64,000 bases of DNA. Origin: an uncultured Chthonomonadaceae bacterium (GTDB lineage Bacteria > Armatimonadota > Chthonomonadetes > Chthonomonadales > Chthonomonadaceae). This document shows, piece after piece, positions 19,826 through 30,101 of this stretch (within the stretch, counting starts at the first letter, position 1; each line of letters opens with the position of its first letter). The DNA is taken from assembly GCA_963835065.1 (NCBI GenBank), contig CAWIEK010000003.1, forward strand, positions 96,001-160,000, read 5' to 3'. The position numbers and the translations under genes were made by a program. The notes under the pieces are model-generated. The model was not told where the DNA came from, searched no databases, and was given only the letters and a program-made list of their open reading frames with translations.

Positions 19826-21157
19826 ATGAAGACTATGCCACAACTTCAATCTACACCACCGCCTTCAAAGCCGGGTACGCCGGGCGTGATTGCCATTCTG
19901 CTGGATATGCTGCGCGTCTGGCTGGCATTGATGCAGGCGTGTAATCCTCTGGCGCGCAGCCGCCGCGCCCGCGCGCACCGGCCCTGGCAATTGCGCGTAC
20001 GCTCGCTTGCGCCCCGGCAGCCGGTTGACATGCGCCAGCAGGATGTAGACAGGCTCTTGCAGCGCCACCGCGACTTGAAGGACATGGACAAATTGGCGCA
20101 GGTGGCGGGCAGTTTCCGGCTGCCGGAAAGCGATTTCTTTGCCGACCCGCAGCAGGTGGAGCGGCTGATACGCCATTTTCTGGACGAAAACCCGCCCTGG
20201 CTGCATGTCGGCAAAATTGCCTCCGGCAGTGACCACAGTGACGCGGGCGGGGAAGCGAAGCGCGACATTGTAATGCGAGAGCGCGTGACGCGGGCGGTGG
20301 AAGACGTGACTTTGTTCGTTCCGTCCGAAAACTGGCGCGACCAGCCCCTGGCCTCGCTGACGATGCGCCCCGCCCGGTTCTTAGGGGAAATGTCCCACGC
20401 CCGCCTGCTGGATCAGATTCTGCCGCCCACCGTGCTGATTGACCGCATGAGCCGCAGCGAGATTTTGATTCCCAACCGGGACCGCGTTCGACACAGGCTG
20501 GAATTTGAAGCGCAGGAACGGCGGCTGGAAACCGTTGTTGTGAAACCGGTAGAAGTGCCGATTGAAATCGAAGGCGCGGGGGGTACGGACGGGCAACTTC
20601 TGTACATTTTGCTGGATGCCAGCGCGTCCATGCAGGGCAAAAACGCCACGCTCGCGCTTGCGGTCATCATGGCCGCGCTGCGCGCCAACATGGGACGGCG
20701 GGACACGCGCTATCTGTTCCGGCGCTATGCCGAAGAAGAAAATCTATGGCCGCGCGAAGTGGAGCCGCCCCTGCAGGCGCGAACGGTTCGGGAAAAAGAC
20801 GCTTTTTTGGACACCATTCTGGAAACCAACTTCAGCGGCGGAGCCACGCACGTCAACCACGCGCTCAATGTCGCCGTAACCGATGTCGAAAACCTGCGGC
20901 GGGACGAAAACCTGGAAACGCAATTGTTGCTCGTGACCGATGGGCGCGCGGAACTTCTGGAAGGCACGATTTTGCGACTGCGCGGGGCAGGCATCAAGGT
21001 ACACACGGTCATGGTGACGCCCGAAGCCAACCCGGGCCTGCAATCCATTTCCGAAAGCTACACCGCCCTTGACATTCACACGGATACGCCTGTCCAATCC
21101 GGCGAACAATCGCCCCTCGTAACGGAGCGGGCTGTCGTCCATGCCACGCACATCTGA
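19826..21157 (+). CDS. VWA-domain protein (ViaA-like partner)
   Basis: MIDAS LLDASASM...GGATH...LVTDG. Confidence 0.8.
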   Translation: MKTMPQLQSTPPPSKPGTPGVIAILLDMLRVWLALMQACNPLARSRRARAHRPWQLRVRSLAPRQPVDMRQQDVDRLLQRHRDLKDMDKLAQVAGSFRLPESDFFADPQQVERLIRHFLDENPPWLHVGKIASGSDHSDAGGEAKRDIVMRERVTRAVEDVTLFVPSENWRDQPLASLTMRPARFLGEMSHARLLDQILPPTVLIDRMSRSEILIPNRDRVRHRLEFEAQERRLETVVVKPVEVPIEIEGAGGTDGQLLYILLDASASMQGKNATLALAVIMAALRANMGRRDTRYLFRRYAEEENLWPREVEPPLQARTVREKDAFLDTILETNFSGGATHVNHALNVAVTDVENLRRDENLETQLLLVTDGRAELLEGTILRLRGAGIKVHTVMVTPEANPGLQSISESYTALDIHTDTPVQSGEQSPLVTERAVVHATHI

Positions 21158-21295
21158 ATGTATTCTGCCTGCTTGCCAAGCGAGTTGTGGAAACGCTGCT
21201 GGCGCAAGGGGGCTGCAGCAGTGGGGCGAGAAACATTTACAGCCTTTGCCCAGAGTGAGGACAAGGGCTGTGTCGCGGCAGGACAGGGAAGGCGA

Positions 21296-22915
21296 TCAGG
21301 GACCGGTGAGAGGGGAAAAACTGCCGCCCATAGGAATATGGCGTTCCCCGGTCAAGTCGAAATGTACCACGATGCGCGAGGTGTTTCCCGTCACCTGCCG
21401 CGCTTTGTACATCTCTACTGTTGTCGGGCGAAACACTTTGTAACTCGCCCAATTGGGCAGCATGCGCTGCATCACGGGGCGCATCTCGTCGGTGATCGGG
21501 ATGCCGCCCTTGCGCGTCATTTCCGGGTACAGGCGCAGCAGCGCGAGGGGATTGCGCATGTCGAAAATCAGCCGGGCAGGCGCAAATTCGCTGCGCAGTT
21601 TGGCAAGCTGCGCGGGGCTGAGGGCCTCGGAAAGTTCGGCAAGGAGGTTCAGATTGGTGTCCCCCGCCTGCTCGATCTGGCGCAACTGCCGCGCGATGCT
21701 GTAGGGCGCGTATTCCGCCGCCTGCAAGAACCAGGAGGGATAGGTAAATGTCAGCACATCCTCGTGCCACTTGGACACGATGGGGGAGAAGCCGGAGCGC
21801 AGTTTTTGGCGGTACGCGCCCACCGTCATGCCCTGCGGCGTTCCCAGATCGCCGCTGTTGTCGGGAAGAATTGCCAGCAGCGACAGATGCGCGCCATCGG
21901 CAAGCTGCCGCAAGCGTTCCTGAGCGCGGCCCATCAAAGTTCCGGTCGTCACGCCATTTTCGGTGACGGTACCTCCCTCCGTTACGGGGATGTCGAGAAG
22001 TTTGGCGGCGGCGCTCTTGTCCACAGTGACCTCGCGGGCGTCCTGCGGGTTGGCGGGCGCATCGCCGGTCAGCATCCAGGCAGAAGCCATCTGGTCGCAC
22101 AGTTGATTGTTGAGGGGAATGCCGCCTACATAACCATGCCCGCCCAGGCCAAAATCTATGTACAGCGTGGGCGACACCTCGCCGTTTCGGTTGGCGTGTA
22201 TGAAAACATCTTTGCGCAACAGGTCCGGCCTTCCGGTTTGCTGCGCGTCGGACTGCATAAACGCTTGCGCTTCCGCCGAAAACTGTTCGCGCGGAATCTG
22301 GATGATCTCGCCGCGCAGGGCGCGCTTCTGCATATCGGGGGACACTTCCGCAAACAAGCGGTTTCCCGCCATGATCCTGTCGTCGTCGGCACAGGACAAA
22401 AAGGCGGCATCCGCGCCCGGCAGGCGCTTGCGCTCTTCAAGCGGCAGGCGGGCCGCTTTCCTCAGCAGTTCGGATTGCTTCTCGAACGCTTCCTGAGACT
22501 TGTTGTTCCATTCCGCCATGACCGCGTTGAGTTCCGGGGGCAGCAGCGAATACGCGAATTGCCCCGGCTGCCCCGTTCGCGCCCACACCCAGCGATAGCC
22601 CCGGCAGCCGGGCAGTGCGGCAAGGGCGTTGAGGGCCGAAGCCAGGGGAACGCGATTGAGGCAGGCCATCAGCGTGATGCCGGAGGCGGGCGTTCTCTCC
22701 GTCAGGCGCAGGACAACGCCGCTCTGCTGCGACAGGCGTTCGATCAATTCGCCGAGGCGAATACGGGGTTCGCGCAGCGTGACCGGGGCTTCGAGGCGCG
22801 CATCGGCGGCGCGCATTTCGGGCGTCAGGGACGCATGGCAGCGAACCGCGCCGCCAAACAATGCCAGCAGACAGACCATTCCCATCCAACAACGCAACAC
22901 AACGTAACCACGCAT
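21296..22915 (-). CDS. Hypothetical secreted protein
   Basis: GAGGAGG RBS, signal peptide ending in CHA, N-terminal DARLEAPVTL...LIERLSQQSGVVL (STN-like start). Confidence 0.7.
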   Translation of the reverse strand: MRGYVVLRCWMGMVCLLALFGGAVRCHASLTPEMRAADARLEAPVTLREPRIRLGELIERLSQQSGVVLRLTERTPASGITLMACLNRVPLASALNALAALPGCRGYRWVWARTGQPGQFAYSLLPPELNAVMAEWNNKSQEAFEKQSELLRKAARLPLEERKRLPGADAAFLSCADDDRIMAGNRLFAEVSPDMQKRALRGEIIQIPREQFSAEAQAFMQSDAQQTGRPDLLRKDVFIHANRNGEVSPTLYIDFGLGGHGYVGGIPLNNQLCDQMASAWMLTGDAPANPQDAREVTVDKSAAAKLLDIPVTEGGTVTENGVTTGTLMGRAQERLRQLADGAHLSLLAILPDNSGDLGTPQGMTVGAYRQKLRSGFSPIVSKWHEDVLTFTYPSWFLQAAEYAPYSIARQLRQIEQAGDTNLNLLAELSEALSPAQLAKLRSEFAPARLIFDMRNPLALLRLYPEMTRKGGIPITDEMRPVMQRMLPNWASYKVFRPTTVEMYKARQVTGNTSRIVVHFDLTGERHIPMGGSFSPLTGP

Positions 22916-23058
22916 CCCGATCCTCCTCGTCAAAGCGCGGCAGACTGCGCGAGCGCATGACAGCCCGCCGCGTTTTGCAATGCAGGTTTTGCTGTCAGCA
23001 GGTCACGCTGTACTGTTATGCGTAACCTGCCGCAGCAATGTTTTACTGCGTCATCAGG

Positions 23059-23582
23059 TCAGTAGGCAACTACCACGAGAGTGACGGTAATGGAGCGGCG
23101 GTCCGTTGTGGAACTGTGAACGGTTTCGATGGTGAGGTTGGCGGATGCCTCCACCGAGTACGTACCGCCAAAGTATATATTGTCCTGCCCGGACATGGCG
23201 CCATTGCCGTTTGCCAGCTGAATCCATTGCCCCATGCCATCGAGCGTCTGTGCGCTAAAGCCATTGGAGGTATCGTTGGGCGTCACGCTGTCGCCACCTA
23301 CTTTCAGGAACATGTTCCAGTCGGCGCTAAATGTGGTTCCCGGCGTTCCGGTTGCGAAGACGCTGATGCTCGAGCCCGACGCCGCTACGGAAGCCGGCAT
23401 GGTGAAGTTGGGGCCACCAGGCGTTGCAAGAGGAACGAACTGGTAACAGTAGTATTGCGTACCATTAGCCGGGAAACCAGGGAGGCCGATGTAAGCCCGG
23501 TTTGGGCCTGCGTGTAGATGCCGACGCCGCACAGCAGAGTTGCTGCGACAAGAGTTAGGAGAGGAGAAGGTTTGAGAAACAT
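23059..23582 (-). CDS. Secreted hypothetical protein (frameshift ~23500)
   Basis: AAGGAGG RBS, ATG 23582 and signal peptide in one frame. Beta-rich mature part in ORF 23059-23709. Confidence 0.6.
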
Positions 23583-23680
23583 GAAGTTTCCTCCTTGAAC
23601 AGGAGCGGGGAATAGTCAGCGAAGGTGTGGAAACTTGTCGAATATTCCAAGTGGAAGGTATGTTTGGCCGAACATAGCTC

Positions 23681-23709
23681 ATTGTAGTAGATAATACACG
23701 TTCTGTCAA
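23681..23709 (-). promoter_or_regulatory. sigma70 promoter
   Basis: TTGACA-17 nt-TACAAT on the minus strand. Confidence 0.75.
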
Positions 23710-24010
23710 GGCATTTGCAAAACTTTACCAAAAAATTTTAGAATAATTTTGTTCGGGTTAGCAATATGCCTTCCGAATTTATGATTTTCCAAGCATTGCT
23801 TTATGCTAGGCTTGCCAAAATAGATATGTGAGTTCACGGTATGCTGTGGTATCGTGTTTAGCGGCAGGTGGCGCTAAACCTGTAAAGAGTTTCTTGCTGC
23901 TCGGCGATACATCTTTCAATTTTATGCCCAGGCGGTCATGGAGGAAGGGCTAATCTCGAACTACGAGAAGGGGCTGAATAGTTGTCGCGGATAATAATCA
24001 GAACGCGGGC

Positions 24011-24039
24011 TTGTATTTACTCGTCAATAGATGTATAAT
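24011..24039 (+). promoter_or_regulatory. sigma70 promoter driving an RNA antisense to the small TM peptide gene
   Basis: TTGTAT-17 nt-TATAAT. No credible plus-strand ORF with an RBS before the terminator at ~24349. Confidence 0.75.
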
Positions 24040-24044
24040 AGAAG

Positions 24045-24110
24045 GTGTGCAGTCAGAAGTTCTCAGGCTCTGACTGGACACGCGCCTAGCTTATGCTAGT
24101 GCCGGTTTTT
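24045..24110 (+). ncRNA. Candidate antisense/antitoxin RNA (may extend to ~24385)
   Basis: Hairpin GTGTGCAGTCAGA..TCTGACTGGACAC, then CTAGC-TTAT-GCTAG followed by GGTTTTT. Overlaps the peptide gene's stop codon. Confidence 0.55.
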
Positions 24111-24206
24111 ACGCCGGTCATCAAGCATGAGCCACAGCGCGACCGCGTAATACGCCGTTCCAACGACGTAAAATGCGGCGGCAAGCATAGGGTTTAGGGT
24201 TTCCAT
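24096..24206 (-). CDS. 36-aa single-TM peptide, type I toxin-like: METLNPMLAAAFYVVGTAYYAVALWLMLDDRRKNRH
   Basis: AAAGGAGGAGG RBS 6 nt before ATG, hydrophobic helix plus charged C-terminal tail. Below the ORF-track length cutoff. Confidence 0.8.
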   Translation of the reverse strand: METLNPMLAAAFYVVGTAYYAVALWLMLDDRRKNRH

Positions 24207-24347
24207 GCTTTGCCTCCTCCTTTCTTTGAGCAGCGGGTTGTGTGTCCGACAGGGTTAAGCGTGTTCTGTCGGTGGCTTGCACGGCCCACTGCTCGAAGTG
24301 TGTACAAGCCCGAACACACAAATATCAGTTTACCCCACACAAACTTT

Positions 24348-24385
24348 AACCCGGTTCGCTTCCACAAGGCGAACCGGGTTTTTGC
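24348..24385 (+). terminator. Intrinsic terminator
   Basis: AACCCGGTTCGC-TTCCACAAG-GCGAACCGGGTT-TTT. Confidence 0.8.
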
Positions 24386-24412
24386 ATGGCTTTTTTGTGT
24401 ATACTTTGAGGT

Positions 24413-26228
24413 GTGAATATCCAAACTTCTGAAACCGCGCCGCGCGTTGAATCGCCGCGCGAAGAATATGCGCAACGTCTTGCTTCCCGTCAAAATGAGG
24501 CGGCGCTATTGGCGCGGCGGGATCGCGCGTTCGGCAACCGGCGGCTGGCCGTGTTTGCGCTTGGCCTGCTGATCGCCTGGTTCGCCTTCCACGACCATTC
24601 CGTTTCGCCCTGGTTGCTTCTGCTTCCGTATCCTCGGCTTTTTGGCGCTTGCCGGTCGCCATGACCGCGTGATACAAAACCGCAAGCGCTCGGAACGCGC
24701 CATCGCGTTTTACCGGCACGGCTTGCGGCGCATAGACAGCCAATGGCAGGGTACGGGCAACGCCGGGGTACGCTTCCTCAAGGCCGAACATCCCTACGCC
24801 GCCGATTTGGACATTTTCGGGCGCGCTTCCCTGTTTGAACTGCTGTGTACCGCGCGAACGCGCATGGGCGAAAACTGCCTTGCCGAATGGCTGCAAGCGC
24901 CTGCAAGCGGAAATGTGGTTCGCGCCCGGCAGCAGTCCGTTGAGGAACTGCGCAATCGGCTTGATTTTCGGGAAGATTTGGCTGTATTAGGGGAGCAGAC
25001 CCGCGCCACGCTGAAACCCGCAGAACTGGCCGCGTGGAGCCAACAACTCCCGCCCCATATCGCTTTGTGGGAACGCGGACTATTGGCGCTGCTTGTGTTT
25101 GGCGCGGTTGCGACGGGCATTTTCGGCATGGCGCAGGAAACATGGACGCCGTTTGTCATTGCCCTGGTTGTGGAACAAGCGTATGCGCAGTATTTGAAAG
25201 CGCGAGTTCGGGAGATTGTCGGGGATGTGGGAACGGCGGAGCGCGATCTGGCGATGCTCGGCCTGCTGCTGGCGCGTATCGAGGCGGAACCGTTTACCTC
25301 GCCGCGCCTGCTGCATCTGCGCGGCCTGTTGAATGTGGAAACTCTGCCGCCGTCCACTCGCATACAGAAGTTGCAGCGGCTTATCGAACTGCTGGCGATT
25401 CCGCATAACCCTTTACTTGGCATCGTAGATAAGATCGTACAGCTAACGCCTTTTTGCGCGTTTGCCATTGCCGATTGGCGGCAGGCGAATGGGGCGCAGC
25501 TTCCCGATTGGCTCAACGTTGCCGGCGAAATCGAAGCCTTGTGCGCCCTGTCCGCGTATGCCTATGAACACCCCGACGATGTATTTCCCGAAATCGTGGA
25601 AAACGAACTCTGCCTGGAAGCGCATGGTTTGGCGCATCCCCTGCTGCCGTCCGCTTCCACAATCCGCAACGATTTAGCCTTGTCGCCCCAACAGCGCTTG
25701 TACATCGTAAGCGGCTCCAATATGTCGGGCAAAAGCACCCTGCTGCGCGCGGCGGGCGTCAATGTGGTTTTGGCATTGGCGGGCGCTCCGGTTCGCGCGC
25801 ATTTGCTGCGCCTGGCGCCCCTGCGCATCGGAGCGTCCCTGCGTACTCAAGACTCTCTGGAAGCGGGCATTTCTCGCTTTTACGCCGAAATCCTGCGCCT
25901 GCGCCAGATTGTAGACTTAACGCGCGAACCCGCGCCCCTGCTCTTCCTGCTGGACGAGATTCTGCACGGCACGAACTCGCACGACCGCAGGCAGGGCGCG
26001 GAAGCCATCCTCCGCGCCCTGCTCCAGCAAAACGCCCTCGGCTTAGTCACCACGCATGACCTTGCCCTCGCGCGTATCGCCGACGATCCCATGCTCCACG
26101 CCGTCAACGTCCACCTGGAAGACCAGCTTTTAGACGGCAAAATGGCCTTTGACTACCACCTGCGCCCCGGCATCGTCGCCAAAAGCAACGCCCTCGAACT
26201 CATGCGCGCCATCGGATTAGAAGTATAA
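24413..26228 (+). CDS. MutS domain V ATPase with N-terminal TM segments (frameshift ~24640)
   Basis: HPYAADLDIFG, SGSNMSGKSTLLR, SRFYAE, LDEILHGTNS, TTHDL. Confidence 0.9.
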
Positions 26229-26230
26229 GC

Positions 26231-26510
26231 TCACCACAGAGGCACAGAGACACAGAGGCTTCACAGAGAAAAGAAGGGAGAAGAGGAGATGGGGAACCGC
26301 GAAAGAAACGAACCAAAACGAAAAAAGGAAAAACAAAAAGAACCGCAAAGAGGCAAAATTTAGCAAATAAAAGTATCCGCCCATGGAATTCCCTCGATGC
26401 TATTTGCTTTCCTTTTGATTCTTTTTCGTTTATTTCGTGTGTTTCGCGGTTTCTATTTCCTCGTTTTCCCCTCTCTGTGAAGCCTCTGTGTCTCTGTGTC
26501 TCTGTGGTGA
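26231..26510. repeat. Nested CACCAC/AACCGC-family inverted-repeat element between convergent genes
   Basis: TCACCACAGAGGCACAGAGACACAGAGGCTTCACAGAGA and reverse complement, with an inner AACCGCGAAA/TTTCGCGGTT pair. The inner arm also occurs at ~12925-12950. Confidence 0.9.
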
Positions 26511-26518
26511 AGGAGCCT

Positions 26519-27454
26519 TCAGGCCGCGATGAGCTGCGCGGTTTCGTCGTGGCGCATCACGTCCAGCAGGTGTTGCAGCGTGGCTTCGGCAAAGTCGTGC
26601 GGAACCTGGCAGGTTCCTGCCGCTTCGTGGCCGCCGCCGCCGTGTTCGCGCATTAAGGCGCCGATGTGCGTTTGCGACGAACGGTTTAAGATGCTGTGGC
26701 CGCAGGCGAAGACGCAGTTCTGGTTGCCCCGGCCATTGACGATCCAGATGGACGTATTTTGTTCCGGGAACAGGGCGTACACGAGAAAACGGTTGCCGGA
26801 ATGGATCGGGTCTACGCCGCGCAAATCGGTCACAACGACATTGCCGCTGGTGTAAGAATGTGCCTTCAGCATGGCGTGAAACAGGACGTCCTGCTCAAAA
26901 TAGCGCTGAACCCGCTCCTGCACATCCGGCATTTGCAGAATTTCGTCAATGCTCATGTGGGCGCAGGCTTCAATCAGATCGAACATCAGTTGGTAGTTGC
27001 TGATTTTATAATCACGGAACCGTCCCAGCCCCGTGCGCGCGTCCATGACAAAAGACAGCAGCGGCCAGCCGGTCGGGCGCAGAATGTCTTCGCGGGTGAA
27101 CTGCGCCGAGTCCGCCTTGTCCACTTCGCGCATCATTTCTTCGATGCCGGGAAAGCGTTCCGCGCCGCCATAATAATCGTACACAACGCGGGCGGCGCTG
27201 GGCGCGATACGGCACACGCCCTTGAATTCTTCCTGGCCGACTACGCGCTTTAGTTCCGTCGCGTGATGGTCGAACCACAGGCCGCAGCCGGGCATATAGG
27301 GCACATTGGCGAATATATCGTCCGGGCGTACCTCAAAGTCTCCGTCCTGAAGGTCTTTGGGATGCACAAATTTAATCTCGTCGAGCTGTTCCACCTGTTT
27401 AATCAGTACAGCGCACACGAGTCCGTCAAAATCCGAGCGAGTAACAAGGCGCAT
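26519..27454 (-). CDS. DHH/DHHA1 phosphoesterase (exopolyphosphatase/nanoRNase-like)
   Basis: TRSDFDG, WFDHH, GGGHEAAG. Confidence 0.88.
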   Translation of the reverse strand: MRLVTRSDFDGLVCAVLIKQVEQLDEIKFVHPKDLQDGDFEVRPDDIFANVPYMPGCGLWFDHHATELKRVVGQEEFKGVCRIAPSAARVVYDYYGGAERFPGIEEMMREVDKADSAQFTREDILRPTGWPLLSFVMDARTGLGRFRDYKISNYQLMFDLIEACAHMSIDEILQMPDVQERVQRYFEQDVLFHAMLKAHSYTSGNVVVTDLRGVDPIHSGNRFLVYALFPEQNTSIWIVNGRGNQNCVFACGHSILNRSSQTHIGALMREHGGGGHEAAGTCQVPHDFAEATLQHLLDVMRHDETAQLIAA

Positions 27455-27586
27455 GGCAATCTCCTTTCCGCAAGGTTATCGGCAAAATCGGGTAGTATCA
27501 AGAGGTTAGGCGATGAGGAATGTTTTTCTGTCCCTGTTGCCCAACAGTCTCCTGCATAGACCTTCGCCGTTAATCAAGGAACGCAA

Positions 27587-27880
27587 ATGACACCTTACCA
27601 ACGAAGTAACTCCAAACATACCTGTCATCGCGGACAAGGAATGTTTCTGGTTTTGGGCGCTGTCGTAGTTGCGGCGCAGAAGTTGATGGGGCAGCATTTC
27701 CGGGCGGAGCATCATAACGAGGTTTGGTGGATGGTGCCGTTTTTGTTCCTGCTTGGATTTTATACTATTCGCAGGCATGGCAGAGAGTTCACAGAGTCGC
27801 CGGACAACGCTGCCGACTGGCTGCTTCTGCTCGGCAGTTTGGCCTCCCTTGCGGTTTTTATACTACGATCTGTGAGCTAG
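27587..27880 (+). CDS. Small 3-TM membrane protein
   Basis: AAGGA RBS and three hydrophobic segments. Confidence 0.6.
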   Translation: MTPYQRSNSKHTCHRGQGMFLVLGAVVVAAQKLMGQHFRAEHHNEVWWMVPFLFLLGFYTIRRHGREFTESPDNAADWLLLLGSLASLAVFILRSVS

Positions 27881-28033
27881 GCGACCTGCGCTAATCTGCG
27901 GCGGTATGGAAGCGGAACGTGGAGTTCGGTCAGTTCGTTGACGACTATTGCGCCAAAGTCTTGGCGCAATAGTCAGGGGAAACAGGCGCTGCATTCTGCC
28001 CACAAATGCGTAAGTATCTCCCCGGCTGTCAAG

Positions 28034-28654
28034 TCAGGGAAGGTCAGGGAACAGACCGCCTGTTACGAGAGACAGCAGGATGCCCATGATTTTGTTTACG
28101 TCCTTGAAGTAGTAGTCGGCGGCGTCAATGCGGGCGGCTGTGCCTTCGAGTTCCAGAAACTTCCACTGGTTACCGATGCTGACCGCGCCGTATATCTTTT
28201 CGATTTCGCTCCCCTCGCGGGCATTGAACTGCTGCGCGGCGATCATTTCCGCCAAGCATTGCGCGTAGCCCCGTTTCATGTCCTCGTTTTTGGCTTCCAC
28301 CAGCATCAGTACGGGAGCCTCAACAAACAACTGCTCCGGCGAGCGCGTCACGATGTAATCGCACACCCCCGCCAGACCGTTCTTTTCATCAACAGAAAAG
28401 TCCACACCGGAAAACAGCCCGACAGTCATGTTGGCAATCAAGCGCACTTCGGCTAAAATCGGCGCGATGATAAACTCGGAACGCGCCTTTTCTGTGGAAA
28501 CGTTCAGCGCCATGCGCGCGTTGTGTTCCAGGCGGCTGAGAAACGCGGGGTCGGGCGTAATAGCGGCAAGGTGCGCGTATAAATCGGTGTTTTCTTCGCG
28601 GGTCAACACAAACTGTTGGGTCAGTTGGCGAAGCGTGAAGTCGGAATAAGCCAT
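28034..28654 (-). CDS. PD-(D/E)xK nuclease-like hypothetical protein (MAYSDFT family)
   Basis: TEKARSEFIIAPIL, GVCDY, VEAK, AQCLAEM. Confidence 0.75.
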   Translation of the reverse strand: MAYSDFTLRQLTQQFVLTREENTDLYAHLAAITPDPAFLSRLEHNARMALNVSTEKARSEFIIAPILAEVRLIANMTVGLFSGVDFSVDEKNGLAGVCDYIVTRSPEQLFVEAPVLMLVEAKNEDMKRGYAQCLAEMIAAQQFNAREGSEIEKIYGAVSIGNQWKFLELEGTAARIDAADYYFKDVNKIMGILLSLVTGGLFPDLP

Positions 28655-29032
28655 GTCAGCGCCCTTCTTGAGCAAACGCGAAGCGCAGCAGTTATCGCGC
28701 CTTTGTTTTGTTATTGTACCCCCTCTTGCGGCCTGTTCCCGAATAAATGCTTTCACCATTGCGCGAAACACAAAGTAATCCCGCTTAGCCACATTGTGAG
28801 ACAAGGCAGGAAAAAACGAACAGTGGAATGTCAGGAAAACACATCTACTTCCGCTTTTCTGCACTATGGGTGTTCGGCAAATTAGGAGGAGTAGGCCCGT
28901 TCTTCCATCCGGTCCAAAGCAGGTATAGCGCGAAGAAGAAGATTATCAGGAACAGAAGAAAAATAATGCTTACAAATAAACCACTTCAACTAATAAATTT
29001 TTATGTCCGTAGAACAATGGGCCGTAGGCCTG

Positions 29033-29059
29033 TCAACCGGATTTTTATAATCCGGTTGA
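29033..29059. terminator. Hairpin downstream of prepilin gene
   Basis: TCAACCGGATT-TTTAT-AATCCGGTTGA. Confidence 0.6.
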
Positions 29060-29092
29060 ACGCGACAGTACCGCCTTTGAGTGGTTTATCTA

Positions 29093-29951
29093 TTACGGTA
29101 TCGGCATGAAGGAGCCGTCGTCCATTGGCAAGGCGGGGGATGGGGTACACTGCTGCGCGATGAAGCGCTCGGTGGCGAGTTTGGCGTGGCCGTCGCAGAA
29201 GTACGCCACGCGAATCGGCCCTTTGGTGTCCTGATACGCGGGGCCGTTCGGACCCGTTGCCGCCGATTTCCAGCCGGAAACCGCGTCGTCTATGCCCGCA
29301 TGAAACGAGGTCACTTCCGCGCCGAAGTAGGTATCGGCAGGGCGCACAACCGCCGCAAACGCGCCGACCCGCGCCAGCGCGCTGTTCAGGCAGTAGCTTG
29401 AGCCTTCCACCTTCCACACGGCCACGCCCTGCGAGGGGTCGCCGGGAACCAGCGAGGCAGGGATGCCGTTGTCGCTCGGACACTTGAAGATGTCCAGGCT
29501 TTTGGTGTACGGATACGCGAACACGCGCGCATCATACGCGGCCTGATCGGTTCTTGGGGAACATTTTCGGGTCGTCGGGCGGCACGGTCGCTTTGCGATG
29601 CGGGCGGCACGGCTTGCAGGGGAACGGCAGAGCCGAGGCTGGCTGCCATTGCGCGTTTGCCCCAACCGTCGTGTTGCTCGGAGGAAAGGTTTCGTCGTTG
29701 TCCTGCACGTACATCATCCAGTTCAAGCCCAACTGCTTGACGTTGGACAGGCAGGCCGTGCGCCGCGCATTCTCTCGCGCTTTGGCAAACACGGGGAACA
29801 GAATCGCCGCGAGAATTCCAATGATGGCGATCACGACGAGCAGTTCGATGAGAGTAAAAGCGTTGAGCGTTGAGCGTTGAGCGTTGAGGGGTTGGGTGAT
29901 ACTTTTCCCTTTTCCCTTTTCCCTTTTGCCTGCGTTAATGGTTCGGTTCAT
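29093..29951 (-). CDS. Prepilin-type N-terminal cleavage/methylation protein (DUF1559-like), frameshift ~29560
   Basis: [50 protein letters not shown]. Confidence 0.9.
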
Positions 29952-30056
29952 GGCGATGCGGTTCCCTTCATTGGAAAGAGTGCCCGGAAGGAGTTCTTGA
30001 AGAAAGTTCCGGTTGGATGAATTTGGTATAAGAGTACAACAAACGAGTGTTTACAA

Positions 30057-30100
30057 CAAAGATTGAGGACAGAGATTGAGAACAAAGACTGATAACAAAG
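30057..30100. promoter_or_regulatory. 13-bp direct repeats upstream of the prepilin gene (possible regulator site)
   Basis: CAAAGATTGAGGA CAGAGATTGAGAA CAAAGACTGATAA CAAAG. Confidence 0.45.
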
Positions 30101-30101
30101 C

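Noticed and set aside
21158..22960. 600-aa plus-strand ORF and similar long antisense ORFs (12857-13822, 17145-18077, 39775-41049, 9908-11092)
   Set aside because: They are shadow ORFs of recognisable genes on the opposite strand in GC-rich DNA.
24045..24385. Structured RNA as tmRNA, RNase P, SRP or 6S
   Set aside because: It lacks a tRNA-like end/CCA, the RNase P GAGGAAAGUCC motif and other hallmark features. The antisense small ORF explains the locus better.
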